Part shown: one piece after another, positions 8,618 to 17,444 of the stretch
Layout of the letters: every line of letters begins with the position of its first letter
Position numbering within the stretch: position 1 is the stretch's first letter
Source: an uncultured archaeon
Lineage (GTDB): Archaea; Altiarchaeota; Altiarchaeia; IMC4; QMZM01
Direction of reading: 5' to 3'
Assembly: GCA_965602195.1 (NCBI GenBank)
Contig: CBFCYF010000001.1
Coordinates: 1 to 63,861 of the forward strand
Length of the DNA stretch: 63,861 bases
Position numbers and translations under genes: made by a program
Notes under the pieces: model-generated
Seen by the model: the letters and a program-made list of their open reading frames with translations, nothing else
Databases searched by the model: none
What the model was told of the DNA's origin: nothing

Positions 8618-9361
8618 ATGATTATCATGGAAACCAATGCCATAAACAATCTAATCGAGAATGAGAATATATTTTGGAGGGACATTCTGCTTGAGATAAT
8701 GGTTGATATGGACCCCTGGGACATCGACATTAGTGCACTGGCTACCACATACTCCATCAAAGTCGAAGAGATGCAGAAGATGAGCTTCAAAATTCCGGCA
8801 AATGTCATCATAGTGAGCGCCGTTCTTCTGAGGATGAAAGCAGATAGAGTAAACCCCGTGGACGTGGATATCCATGAATTCATGTTAGATGATGAGGGGC
8901 TATCGTTTCCCCTACACTTCAACCCTGAACTCTATTTTAATGTGGATGCTGGGATATTAGCTGAACAAGACAACGGAGGCAACGGAAAGCTACAGGATAT
9001 AGAAATTAAACCCAAACGGGTTCTAAAGAGGAGGGTGACGGCGATAGAGCTGATAAATGCCATTCAAGAGGTTCTTAAGGAAAGGAAAGGAAAGAAATTC
9101 AAATTAAGAAACGATAAGAAGAAGATTCTTGAAATCAACGTAGGTGTTGATATTGAAAAACTAATCACAGATACATATTCGAGGATAATGGAAATTCTCT
9201 CCACAAAGAAGCTTGTACCCTTCTCCGAACTCACAGACATCAGGGAAGATAGGGAGGATGCAATTGATGTGTTCATCTCACTACTTCACCTCGCCCATAA
9301 ACAGAAACTGAAGCTGGAGCAGAAGAAGCTATATGAGGAAATATTCATAAGGAGGGTTTGA
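8618..9361 (+). CDS. scpA: segregation and condensation protein A (kleisin ScpA)
   Basis: 247 aa. The N-terminus ...DPWDIDISALATTYSIKVEEMQKMSFKIPANVIIVSAVLLRMKA and the C-terminal winged-helix region VFISLLHLAHKQKLKLEQ fit the ScpA layout. Confidence 0.8.
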   Translation: MIIMETNAINNLIENENIFWRDILLEIMVDMDPWDIDISALATTYSIKVEEMQKMSFKIPANVIIVSAVLLRMKADRVNPVDVDIHEFMLDDEGLSFPLHFNPELYFNVDAGILAEQDNGGNGKLQDIEIKPKRVLKRRVTAIELINAIQEVLKERKGKKFKLRNDKKKILEINVGVDIEKLITDTYSRIMEILSTKKLVPFSELTDIREDREDAIDVFISLLHLAHKQKLKLEQKKLYEEIFIRRV

Positions 9362-10793
9362 TCAGGAAATCAGCGAGATCCTTGATCCCCACCCTCCTCT
9401 GCTCTCTCGTATTCCTATCCCGTATGGTTATCGTGTCATCTTTCAGGGTGTCATAGTCGATGGTGATGCAATAAGGAATCCCGATCTCATCAGCTCTAGC
9501 ATATCTTTTTCCGATACTGCCAACTGCATCATGGAAGCACAGAATCTCTTTTTTCTTCAATGAAGCATAGACATCCCCTGCCTTCTCAGGAATACCGTCT
9601 TTCCTCACCAACGGGAATATCCCTGCCTGGTAGGGGGCAATATCTTGCGGAAATTCAGAATACATTCTTTCTTTATCTTTCCTGAAGCAGGACTCTATCA
9701 CACAATAGAAGGGCCTGTCAATCCCGTATGCCACCTCCACCACATGAGGTATGAATTTCCTTCCATTGTAGTTGACCTCCATACTCTGGCCGCTTAACTT
9801 CATATGTTGCATCAGATCGTAATCTGTTCTATCTGAGATTCCTACGAGTTCTATTCTCCCCAGAGAGGGACTCTCATACTCTATATCCCAGGTGTCGGTG
9901 GAATAAAACGCTCTCTCATCGTCCTTGTGTTGTCTCAGCCTCAGTAATTGCGGGTTGATTCCCATCTCCCAGAATAGTTTCAGTGACACCCCCAGGAAGT
10001 AGGCGATCATCTGCACCTCAATTACACCCTCTTTAAGGGCATCCCCTAAGGTGGTATCAAGCTCCACATCATCCTTGGTCAGAATCCCCGCCTTAAGAGA
10101 TGAAACCTCACTGAACCTGGGGCTGGTTTTCCCCTCAGGCTCCACGAAGAACTGAATCTCTGCCTGATTAAATTCCCTCAGCCTCACCATCCCCTGCCTG
10201 GGGGATATCTCATTCCTGTATGAGCGGCCAATCTGAATGACCCCCAGAGGTAGTGACTTCCTGCCAACATCCCATAGTCTTTTGAATGCAAGATATGTGG
10301 TCTGGGCAGTTTCCGGTCTCAGATACGCTGGAAGCTTGTATTTTCCCGGACCCACGTGTGTTTTAAACATCAGATTAAAGTTGTAGACATCATCCAGTTT
10401 ACCTCCGCATTTAGGGCATGTTATATTCCTTTTTTTTATCTCCTCATTTAGTTCGGCGATACTCAGATGATCACATGACTCCTTCCTGAGCTCCTCCACC
10501 AGATGATCCGCCCGGTAGGGTTCTCTACATTTAACGCACTCAGTTAATTTATCTGTGAAATTCGCAACGTGTCCTGACGCAATCCAAATATTCTCAGGGG
10601 ACAGGATGGGGCACTCCACCTCAAAGCATTCCTCATGAATTAGATAATATCGCCTGATAAGTCTCTCTATGTTCTGTTTTATCCTCACCCCAACTGGACC
10701 GTAGTCATAGAATCCACTGAGTCCTCCATAGATCCCAAAAGAGGGATACATTATCCCCCTCCTCTTTGATATCTCCAGAATTTTTTGATACAT
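9345..10793 (-). CDS. glyS: glycine--tRNA ligase (archaeal/eukaryal-type class II)
   Basis: MYQKILEISKRRGIMYPSFGIYGGLSGFYDYGPVG is a typical GlyRS N-terminus. Class II motifs (FRNEISPR-like YRNEISPRQG, GIDRPF) and a C-terminal anticodon-binding domain are present. The likely start is the internal ATG at 10793 rather than the ORF-track start 10814. The 3' end overlaps scpA convergently by 17 nt. Confidence 0.9.
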   Translation of the reverse strand: MYQKILEISKRRGIMYPSFGIYGGLSGFYDYGPVGVRIKQNIERLIRRYYLIHEECFEVECPILSPENIWIASGHVANFTDKLTECVKCREPYRADHLVEELRKESCDHLSIAELNEEIKKRNITCPKCGGKLDDVYNFNLMFKTHVGPGKYKLPAYLRPETAQTTYLAFKRLWDVGRKSLPLGVIQIGRSYRNEISPRQGMVRLREFNQAEIQFFVEPEGKTSPRFSEVSSLKAGILTKDDVELDTTLGDALKEGVIEVQMIAYFLGVSLKLFWEMGINPQLLRLRQHKDDERAFYSTDTWDIEYESPSLGRIELVGISDRTDYDLMQHMKLSGQSMEVNYNGRKFIPHVVEVAYGIDRPFYCVIESCFRKDKERMYSEFPQDIAPYQAGIFPLVRKDGIPEKAGDVYASLKKKEILCFHDAVGSIGKRYARADEIGIPYCITIDYDTLKDDTITIRDRNTREQRRVGIKDLADFLIKPSL

Positions 10794-10829
10794 TATTACT
10801 CTAATAAAGAACAAGTATTATTATAGGGG

Positions 10830-12743
10830 TTATGTCTTCCCTAATTTCTCTCTCTCTCCCTTTATCGCCTCCCACATCTGCCTTCTCTCCTCATCTATAA
10901 GTTCCCTCCTCCCGTCCTCCTTGGCTTTTGCCCCCTCCTCTTCCAGCCTCCTTGCCTCCCCCTCCCTTCGTTTCTTTTCCGTGAGTTCTTTTATGAACTC
11001 CCTCTCAGTCTTTCGTTTATCTATCGTCCATTTTATTGTTATAAGTACCATGGAGATCGCCACTGAGAGGACAATAGCGAAAACAAATGGGCGGCTAGGC
11101 TCCTCTATGCCATCTATAAACTCCTGAGTTACCATTACACCTCGTTTGTAATTTATCTCGTTATAGATGCTCTTCGCGTTTTCTGCATGAATCCTGGCCT
11201 TAGCGTATTCATTTATGTTCTTCAAATCCCTGGCTGTTTTCAGTTGATGATCCGCCTCCGCCTTCCTACCCACAGCATGTAGTATAGACGCATTTAGTCC
11301 GACACAGTTGTGGTATTCACCGAAATTCTCGGTATAGCGGTTGATCTCCTGGTAGATGGATACCGCTACCCCAAGGGAGATTGTTGCATTATCAAAATCC
11401 GCTATGTCATAATAGGCTTTAGCTGCATTATAATGATCATTGCCCTTATTCAGTCGTGCGATTTTTGCATTTATCCGGGGTTTAAACATCTCAGATTTTG
11501 TTATACCTGTCGGATCATTTACCTCAACGAATATATTAAACGCCTGTTCATTATAACTTAACGCATCTTCATATTTACCGGAGTTATAAGCCTCTTGCGC
11601 CTCCTGATACAGCCCATTGGCAACTTCTATTTCTCCCTCCTTGTCCTTTCCCAATTGGCACTCCTTTTTGAGAGTATTACATTTTGTGGCCTCATCATCA
11701 TAACGATGCGCCTCATTAAAATCTTTCTCATCCCATTTTATCTCATACAGCCCATAATATATGTCTCTTGCCTCCGATGCCCCACTGATGCAACTATCCC
11801 AGTCCCCATAATTCCTGGAATACCCTGCCTTAATGTATTTGTCCTTTGCGTCGGCCTCCATCTCCTTTACGTATCTACCTAACGCCGTAAGGGCTGCAGC
11901 CCCCATGTCATCACATTGTTTTTTTTCCATGGCTTCGCCAACTGCCTCATAGTATGTGGAGCACTTACGGAAATTAGTATATGCCACTTTATAGTTGGCA
12001 TATTCCCCTAGCTCATAAGCTTCCTTGCCACCTTCATATAGCTGCCTCGCTAATTCCTTGAGGTCAAGCAGATTTTCTTCTATCTTCTCTACTAATTTTC
12101 CGGCGGAATATATCCCCTCTGTGTCATTACAAGTCTTGTAGATCTCATAGGCCTTCTGCGCATTCTCCCTTGAATCCATGAGATATTTTACACCGTAGTT
12201 ATCCAGCCCGGCAGAGTATATGTCATGTGCCTTCTTCAGGTACTTGCCGGCCTCCTGCCGGATAATCGTTATGAGATTCTCCGCTATCAGAGAGGATAGA
12301 TTATCACATGCATCTACCTTGTGCGTATAGGGCGGTATCCTATATGAGAAGTACATTCTGGCTTCCATAGCTGTTGTGTTTGCATTCAGAAAATTTTGTT
12401 TTGCAAGATCATAGCTTCCCTGATTCATATATGCTTGCCCGGTATTAAAGAGGTTCTTGGCGTTTACATAGCTCTTCTCTCCCTCTGCTACCAGGCGGGG
12501 GTTTATCTGTCCAATCAGCAGATCACAGCTATTCATGCCACCTGCGTCCCCTATCTCCTCATAATACCTCCTGCTCACAACTATAGCCTCACGTGCACCG
12601 ATGCAATCGCCTTCACCGTACTTCTTTTCTGCCGCCTCGTAGTACATCTTCGCCAACGCCCTTTTTTCTGTATCACTCTGCCCGTACACCATACCTAAAA
12701 AGAGCAGGGATAGGGCTCCCACAACTAAGATTTTTTTTAGCAT
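10830..12743 (-). CDS. membrane-anchored TPR-like repeat protein (signal peptide, about 520 aa helical repeats, TM, K/E-rich tail)
   Basis: 637 aa with recurrent A-x2-Y-Y-x-x-A / G-x-Y-x-x-A helical hairpins. The TM is FVFAIVLSVAISMVLITIKW. The tail is KRREGEARRLEEEGAKAKEDGRRE. Its start overlaps the upstream stop as TAATG. Confidence 0.7.
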   Translation of the reverse strand: MLKKILVVGALSLLFLGMVYGQSDTEKRALAKMYYEAAEKKYGEGDCIGAREAIVVSRRYYEEIGDAGGMNSCDLLIGQINPRLVAEGEKSYVNAKNLFNTGQAYMNQGSYDLAKQNFLNANTTAMEARMYFSYRIPPYTHKVDACDNLSSLIAENLITIIRQEAGKYLKKAHDIYSAGLDNYGVKYLMDSRENAQKAYEIYKTCNDTEGIYSAGKLVEKIEENLLDLKELARQLYEGGKEAYELGEYANYKVAYTNFRKCSTYYEAVGEAMEKKQCDDMGAAALTALGRYVKEMEADAKDKYIKAGYSRNYGDWDSCISGASEARDIYYGLYEIKWDEKDFNEAHRYDDEATKCNTLKKECQLGKDKEGEIEVANGLYQEAQEAYNSGKYEDALSYNEQAFNIFVEVNDPTGITKSEMFKPRINAKIARLNKGNDHYNAAKAYYDIADFDNATISLGVAVSIYQEINRYTENFGEYHNCVGLNASILHAVGRKAEADHQLKTARDLKNINEYAKARIHAENAKSIYNEINYKRGVMVTQEFIDGIEEPSRPFVFAIVLSVAISMVLITIKWTIDKRKTEREFIKELTEKKRREGEARRLEEEGAKAKEDGRRELIDEERRQMWEAIKGEREKLGKT

Positions 12744-15253
12744 TACCCCCCTCCATCACTCCCTAATATCTTCCTTAGCCTCTCTATCTCGTTGTTTCTC
12801 AACCATCTGATAATCCCCTTCCTGTTCTTATTTGCTTTTTCAATTTCCATTATCTTCTCATAATCAATATCCTTTATAGCAGATATTTTCTCCTTAACGT
12901 CATTTATGTTACCTTCGAGCAACTTCATCATATATTCCTCGGATGTCTCTTCAGGTTCCCCTGGAACCTCCTCATCTGGAACCCCCTCATCATAAACCTC
13001 CTCATCTGAGACCTCCTCCTCCGGAACCTCCCCCTCAACCGCAGCCTCAGCTACCATCTCACCGAACACAGCCTCCTCCTCCGGAACCTCCCCCTCAACC
13101 GCAGCCTCAGCTACCATCTCACCGAACACAGCCTCCTCCTCCGGAACCTCCTCATCTGAGACCTCCTCATCTGGGACCTCCTCCTCAAGCACCTCCGCAG
13201 CCTCACCTACCGTCTCCCCGAACACAGCTTCCTCTCCCAGAATCTCTTCATCAATAAACCCCCCACCGATTGCATCAGTCACCGCCTCAAGCCCCGCATC
13301 TCTCTTCGGTTCTTTTCGCCGGGATTTCTTAATTAGAAATACAACACAGGATATCAGCACTACCGCAGCTATGACCAGCAACCCAACCAACAGCATGTCA
13401 CTTGTGTAATCCACTTCATCCTCTAAAGAGGTTGTTACTCTGATAGTAGTTTCCATAGTGGTTGTTCCCATGGCTTCGATTATGGACGCCCTCTTTGAAT
13501 CACACCTAGCAACAGATTCTCCGTCACCAATATCAGAGTATATCTGCCTGGCGATCTGAAGAGAATCCAAGGCATCCTCGTATCTGGACATTGAATAGTA
13601 TACCGTGGCCTCATCAAAGTGCTTATCCGCATCTTCCTTCCTCTGATCGTTGAGTCCAAGTTCAATCTCCCCGATCATCGAATCCAAAACAGATGTTTTC
13701 TCTGAATCCCCTAACTCCACGAACAATCCATGTGCCCTTTGGGCGTTAGTATACGCACTTTGGTAATCCCCCTCATCCAAGAGACTCTGTGCCGTAGCAT
13801 AATAGGTCCCGGCCAGCTTGTATTTTTTTACATAGCTCCAGTTGATATCAAATGCTGAGATTACTCCCCCATGTTCCGTGATGAATTCCTCGCCGCGATC
13901 TCTACCGACATCAACAACATAGACCCTATCCGCCATTTTCCCCAGATCGCATCTCCACTCCAACTCCAACTCATCACTCAACGCATAGATATAGTTCCCT
14001 GAACTAACAAAGAAACCTAAGGTCATGCCCGACAGATCGTTATCGACGTACACACTACCTAAACCCCCCTCCACATTATATTTAAGTGTCGTATTGGTAA
14101 CTATATCCAACACATACATTGCATCATCGGTGGCAATCAATACCTCCATGTAGTTATCCCGATCAGCGTCAACCAGCTCCACCTGCTTTATCTTACCTAT
14201 AAATTCTCCTGTAGCAAACTTTCTTTTTTTGAATACCCTGAGGTAGTCATAAAGATCCGTAACTGAGTAGTTACTGCAGTTACTGGACAGATTCTCCTGC
14301 CCAGATTGCATAATCCCAATGCTCACGTTATCCAACAAATCAGTATTTCCTCCAAGACTTAGAAAACTTCCCGGGCCGAAGACATAGAAGATACCCAGGG
14401 AGGATATGGCAAGTATCTCATCGTTTCTACCTGCCTCAATATTTCCTGTTTTGAGGTAGTCTATGCTTCCTATTGTTGTAATCTCAAACCCAACTGTGAT
14501 ATTTTCTCCGACAGACGCATTTCCCGTGATGGTCTTGTTCTCCTCCACCACCTCCTTTACAATGAAACTTATCATATAAAAATACTTTAGCATGCCACCT
14601 GAGTTAAGAGCATAGATACTTCCACGGGAATTTGCGATTATCTCCTCTTCACCATCCCCATCGAAATCAGAGATCACTACGGCCTCTATGTCCTCACCGA
14701 GATAGCTTTTCCATAGAAATGCTGTGTAATCATCCCTCAATGCACACATAGAGGATGCAGAAGAGCCGATGATTTCATAATAACCGTTATCGTCCAGATC
14801 CTTAACATGCAGATCCCGCATTACGGAGATTGACTTCAACATACTCTTTGGGAATTCATGTATTTGCTTCCCGTTCCTGTTATAGATTAATATACCGCCC
14901 CTCGGTATCTGCTCCCTGACTTTACCCCAACTGACGATGACCTCCTTGTAACCATCATTATCTATATCCTCAAACACGATCCCCTGAAATCTGTCAAATT
15001 CCTTTTTCCATAGAAGCTCTCCACTACCGTCAAGAACATAAACCACATCAAGTTGATATAGCCTATAACCGGTAACAGAAACGATTATTTCGGGATTTCC
15101 ATCTGCATCAAGATCCTCGAAGTAGATTCCAGTGACTTTCCCGTTAACATCGTAATCCCATAGATGCTTCACATCCTGCGATTCTGCACATACCAAACCA
15201 GTAAGTATAGTGGATAGAGTCAATATTATAAACACTATTTTTTTCATTTTCAT
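12743..15253 (-). CDS. surface protein paralogous to 6054..8498 (FG-GAP propeller, helical TPR-like region, TM, acidic repeat tail)
   Basis: 836 aa. FG-GAP repeats EDLDADGNPEI, EDIDNDGYKEV, KDLDDNGYYEI, SDFDGDGEEEI and VDADRDNYMEV are followed by TPR-like helices. The TM is LLVGLLVIAAVVLISCVVFLI. The E/V/P-rich tail has a duplicated 20-aa unit. Confidence 0.8.
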   Translation of the reverse strand: MKMKKIVFIILTLSTILTGLVCAESQDVKHLWDYDVNGKVTGIYFEDLDADGNPEIIVSVTGYRLYQLDVVYVLDGSGELLWKKEFDRFQGIVFEDIDNDGYKEVIVSWGKVREQIPRGGILIYNRNGKQIHEFPKSMLKSISVMRDLHVKDLDDNGYYEIIGSSASSMCALRDDYTAFLWKSYLGEDIEAVVISDFDGDGEEEIIANSRGSIYALNSGGMLKYFYMISFIVKEVVEENKTITGNASVGENITVGFEITTIGSIDYLKTGNIEAGRNDEILAISSLGIFYVFGPGSFLSLGGNTDLLDNVSIGIMQSGQENLSSNCSNYSVTDLYDYLRVFKKRKFATGEFIGKIKQVELVDADRDNYMEVLIATDDAMYVLDIVTNTTLKYNVEGGLGSVYVDNDLSGMTLGFFVSSGNYIYALSDELELEWRCDLGKMADRVYVVDVGRDRGEEFITEHGGVISAFDINWSYVKKYKLAGTYYATAQSLLDEGDYQSAYTNAQRAHGLFVELGDSEKTSVLDSMIGEIELGLNDQRKEDADKHFDEATVYYSMSRYEDALDSLQIARQIYSDIGDGESVARCDSKRASIIEAMGTTTMETTIRVTTSLEDEVDYTSDMLLVGLLVIAAVVLISCVVFLIKKSRRKEPKRDAGLEAVTDAIGGGFIDEEILGEEAVFGETVGEAAEVLEEEVPDEEVSDEEVPEEEAVFGEMVAEAAVEGEVPEEEAVFGEMVAEAAVEGEVPEEEVSDEEVYDEGVPDEEVPGEPEETSEEYMMKLLEGNINDVKEKISAIKDIDYEKIMEIEKANKNRKGIIRWLRNNEIERLRKILGSDGGG
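13021..13140 (-). repeat. perfect 2 x 60-bp tandem duplication inside the acidic tail
   Basis: Sequence lines 13021-13080 and 13081-13140 are identical. They encode EEAVFGEMVAEAAVEGEVPE twice. Confidence 0.95.
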
Positions 15254-15274
15254 TGCACCTTGATTTATTTTTTT

Positions 15275-16240
15275 TTATGGCACCCCCGTCCTGTAGTATT
15301 CAGCTGCTGATTCAGGGGAGACGACATTAATTATCACTCCGTTAGCCAGTTCAAATCCCGCCCACCGGGTTAGTCTTGGAAAAATCGCTATGTAGAAATG
15401 TAGATGGCCTTTATTTGGGGATGAATGAAGATAAAAATTGTGGGCGGGGTAATCAAGAATCTGGTTTAGGGATGTTAAAGCTGTTTTAAACGCCTTGGCA
15501 AGAGATATCTTCTCTTCCCTCTTAAACTCGGCAAGAGAATGAATATGTCTCTTTGGCATTATCCTCATCTCGTATGGAAATCTGGAGGCATAGGGGGCAA
15601 AAACAACGGTGTGCTCATCCTCATAAATCCCTCTCTCACTCTCCATCTCTTTCCTCCAGATATCACAGAAGGCGCAACTTCCCTCCCTTTCACGGTATTC
15701 AATTAACGCGTCTACCTCCTCCTGGATCTGGGAGGGAACCATTGGCATGGCGATCAGCTGAGTGTGAGAATGCTGTAACGACGCCCCCGCCCTATGACCC
15801 CAATTCTTGAAGATGCTAATGTACTTTATCCTGGGATCCTCCCTGATCTCCTTGATCCTACTACCGTACATATCCCAAACCTTCGATATATGATCTACGT
15901 CCAGATAAGACATATCTTTGTTGTGATATGGCAGCTCCACAATTATTTCATGTCTGCCGTATGCCGCCTTTTTTACATAAAAATCATCTTCCCAAGATAT
16001 ATCCTCGGCTGAGAGCGCAGGGAATTTATTGGGGAAACACCGGATAATCCATCTGCCGTCTTCCTCGATTCTGCTTATCTCAGGGGGGGTCATGTGTTCA
16101 TTTCCCGGACAGAAAAAGCATGTTTTTTCCTCCCCCACTACGTTTTCGGGTTCATGTACGAACTCTTGAGGTCTCCTGTCTCTGTTTCTGGCGATAATAA
16201 CCCACCTGTCCAATAGAGGGTCTTTCCTCAATTCATTCAT
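15275..16240 (-). CDS. galT: galactose-1-phosphate uridylyltransferase-family (HIT superfamily) nucleotidyltransferase
   Basis: 321 aa with the zinc motif CFFCPGNEHMTPPE and the active-site motif HSHTQLIAM (H-x-H-x-Q). Confidence 0.8.
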   Translation of the reverse strand: MNELRKDPLLDRWVIIARNRDRRPQEFVHEPENVVGEEKTCFFCPGNEHMTPPEISRIEEDGRWIIRCFPNKFPALSAEDISWEDDFYVKKAAYGRHEIIVELPYHNKDMSYLDVDHISKVWDMYGSRIKEIREDPRIKYISIFKNWGHRAGASLQHSHTQLIAMPMVPSQIQEEVDALIEYREREGSCAFCDIWRKEMESERGIYEDEHTVVFAPYASRFPYEMRIMPKRHIHSLAEFKREEKISLAKAFKTALTSLNQILDYPAHNFYLHSSPNKGHLHFYIAIFPRLTRWAGFELANGVIINVVSPESAAEYYRTGVP

Positions 16241-16312
16241 ATGAGTATATTTACCTTACCTGATATTTATATATACTCCCTTTTTTTGAAGACCCAGGGT
16301 CGCACTTAGAAC

Positions 16313-16801
16313 TCACAGGCTTACCTTCAATCTCCTGCTTTTATCTTCAGATAAAACCACGCCATCTCTTTTGAATTCCCGTAGAATTATGTGACTGTAT
16401 GTCCCCATAATGTCCTTTTTAGGAGCCAGTTTTTCGGTTACGAATTCACTGATCTCGTCCATGTCCGCCGCTTCCACCAGCAATATCAAATCGTATTCGC
16501 CTGTAACAACAAACACATCCTTGACCCTGGAATCCCTGGATATCTCCTCGCATATCTGTGAGAACCCGGTCCTCCTTTGGGGAACCACCTTCACCTGGAT
16601 GGCTGCGGAGGTCTGACGTTTACCGGCTTTTTTCCAGTCGATGCTCGTCTTGAATTTCCGGATAACATTCTTCTTTTTTAACCTGCTTATTCTTTTCTCA
16701 ACATCTCCTTCGGTGAGATCCAGCATGCTCGCCATTTCCTTGGCAGGGATTCTGCCGTCCTCTTCAAGCATTTCCAGGATCTCCACATCCTTCTGATCCA
16801 T
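16313..16801 (-). CDS. Lrp/AsnC family transcriptional regulator
   Basis: 162 aa. The N-terminal HTH is ILEMLEEDGRIPAKEMASMLDLTEGDVEKRISRLKKKNVI. The C-terminal RAM domain is VFVVTGEYDLILLVEA. Confidence 0.85.
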   Translation of the reverse strand: MDQKDVEILEMLEEDGRIPAKEMASMLDLTEGDVEKRISRLKKKNVIRKFKTSIDWKKAGKRQTSAAIQVKVVPQRRTGFSQICEEISRDSRVKDVFVVTGEYDLILLVEAADMDEISEFVTEKLAPKKDIMGTYSHIILREFKRDGVVLSEDKSRRLKVSL

Positions 16802-16863
16802 TTTAGCGTTGTTATATTATAGGGGTACGTGAAATAAAATACGTGCTCTCAGGTTGAGGGTAT

Positions 16864-17331
16864 TTATCCGACGTTGATTTGAATCTTCTCCGTCACGTCC
16901 AGGCCCATTGGCACATCCAGTGATGCCTTAAGATACCAGTCGATTCTCGTTGACTGCCCTCCAAGGAATTTCATAACTTTAACGGCTTCTCCAAGAGCGC
17001 CTTCTGGTTCCGGACCGTTTTGAAGAACATCACCAGGTATCTTTATCTCAAAGGGGTATTCCCCTCCACTGTATTCCTTTTCTCCGTCAAGCGGCATCTC
17101 AAACCGATGGATGTAGTCTCTTCTTGTGCTTTTTTGTGAACCGCTGCCTGTTGATCGACGGCTGGAGGTGATTTTCTCTCCAACGAAAACAAGCCTCAAC
17201 TGTTTTGCATTCACAGGTTTCTTCAGTTTAAGGGAAACCTTTCCTTTGATGGTGTCTTGGGGAGAGAAATTATATTTCTCAAGAGAGATTTCAATATTTC
17301 CCTTACCTAAACCAAAAACCATGGGAATCAC
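16864..17331 (-). CDS. hypothetical beta-sandwich protein (arrestin-N/Spo0M-like, tentative)
   Basis: 155 aa. IEISLEKYNFSPQDTIKGKVSLKLKKPVNAKQLRLVFVGEK resembles the first strands of arrestin-like or Spo0M domains. This is recognition by eye only. Confidence 0.45.
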   Translation of the reverse strand: MIPMVFGLGKGNIEISLEKYNFSPQDTIKGKVSLKLKKPVNAKQLRLVFVGEKITSSRRSTGSGSQKSTRRDYIHRFEMPLDGEKEYSGGEYPFEIKIPGDVLQNGPEPEGALGEAVKVMKFLGGQSTRIDWYLKASLDVPMGLDVTEKIQINVG

Positions 17332-17444
17332 CTGTTATTAATTACTGCCAGAGCATATAAATATCTGCTAATTATGGCCGCCAGAGGCGGTAAGTATTTA
17401 TATTCCTCAACCTCATTAATTAACTGAATACTGGGGGGATCATA

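Noticed and set aside
12943-13257. A 104-aa proline-rich plus-strand ORF.
   Set aside because: It is antisense to the acidic E/V/P tail and the 60-bp repeat of the 836-aa protein, so it is a compositional artefact.
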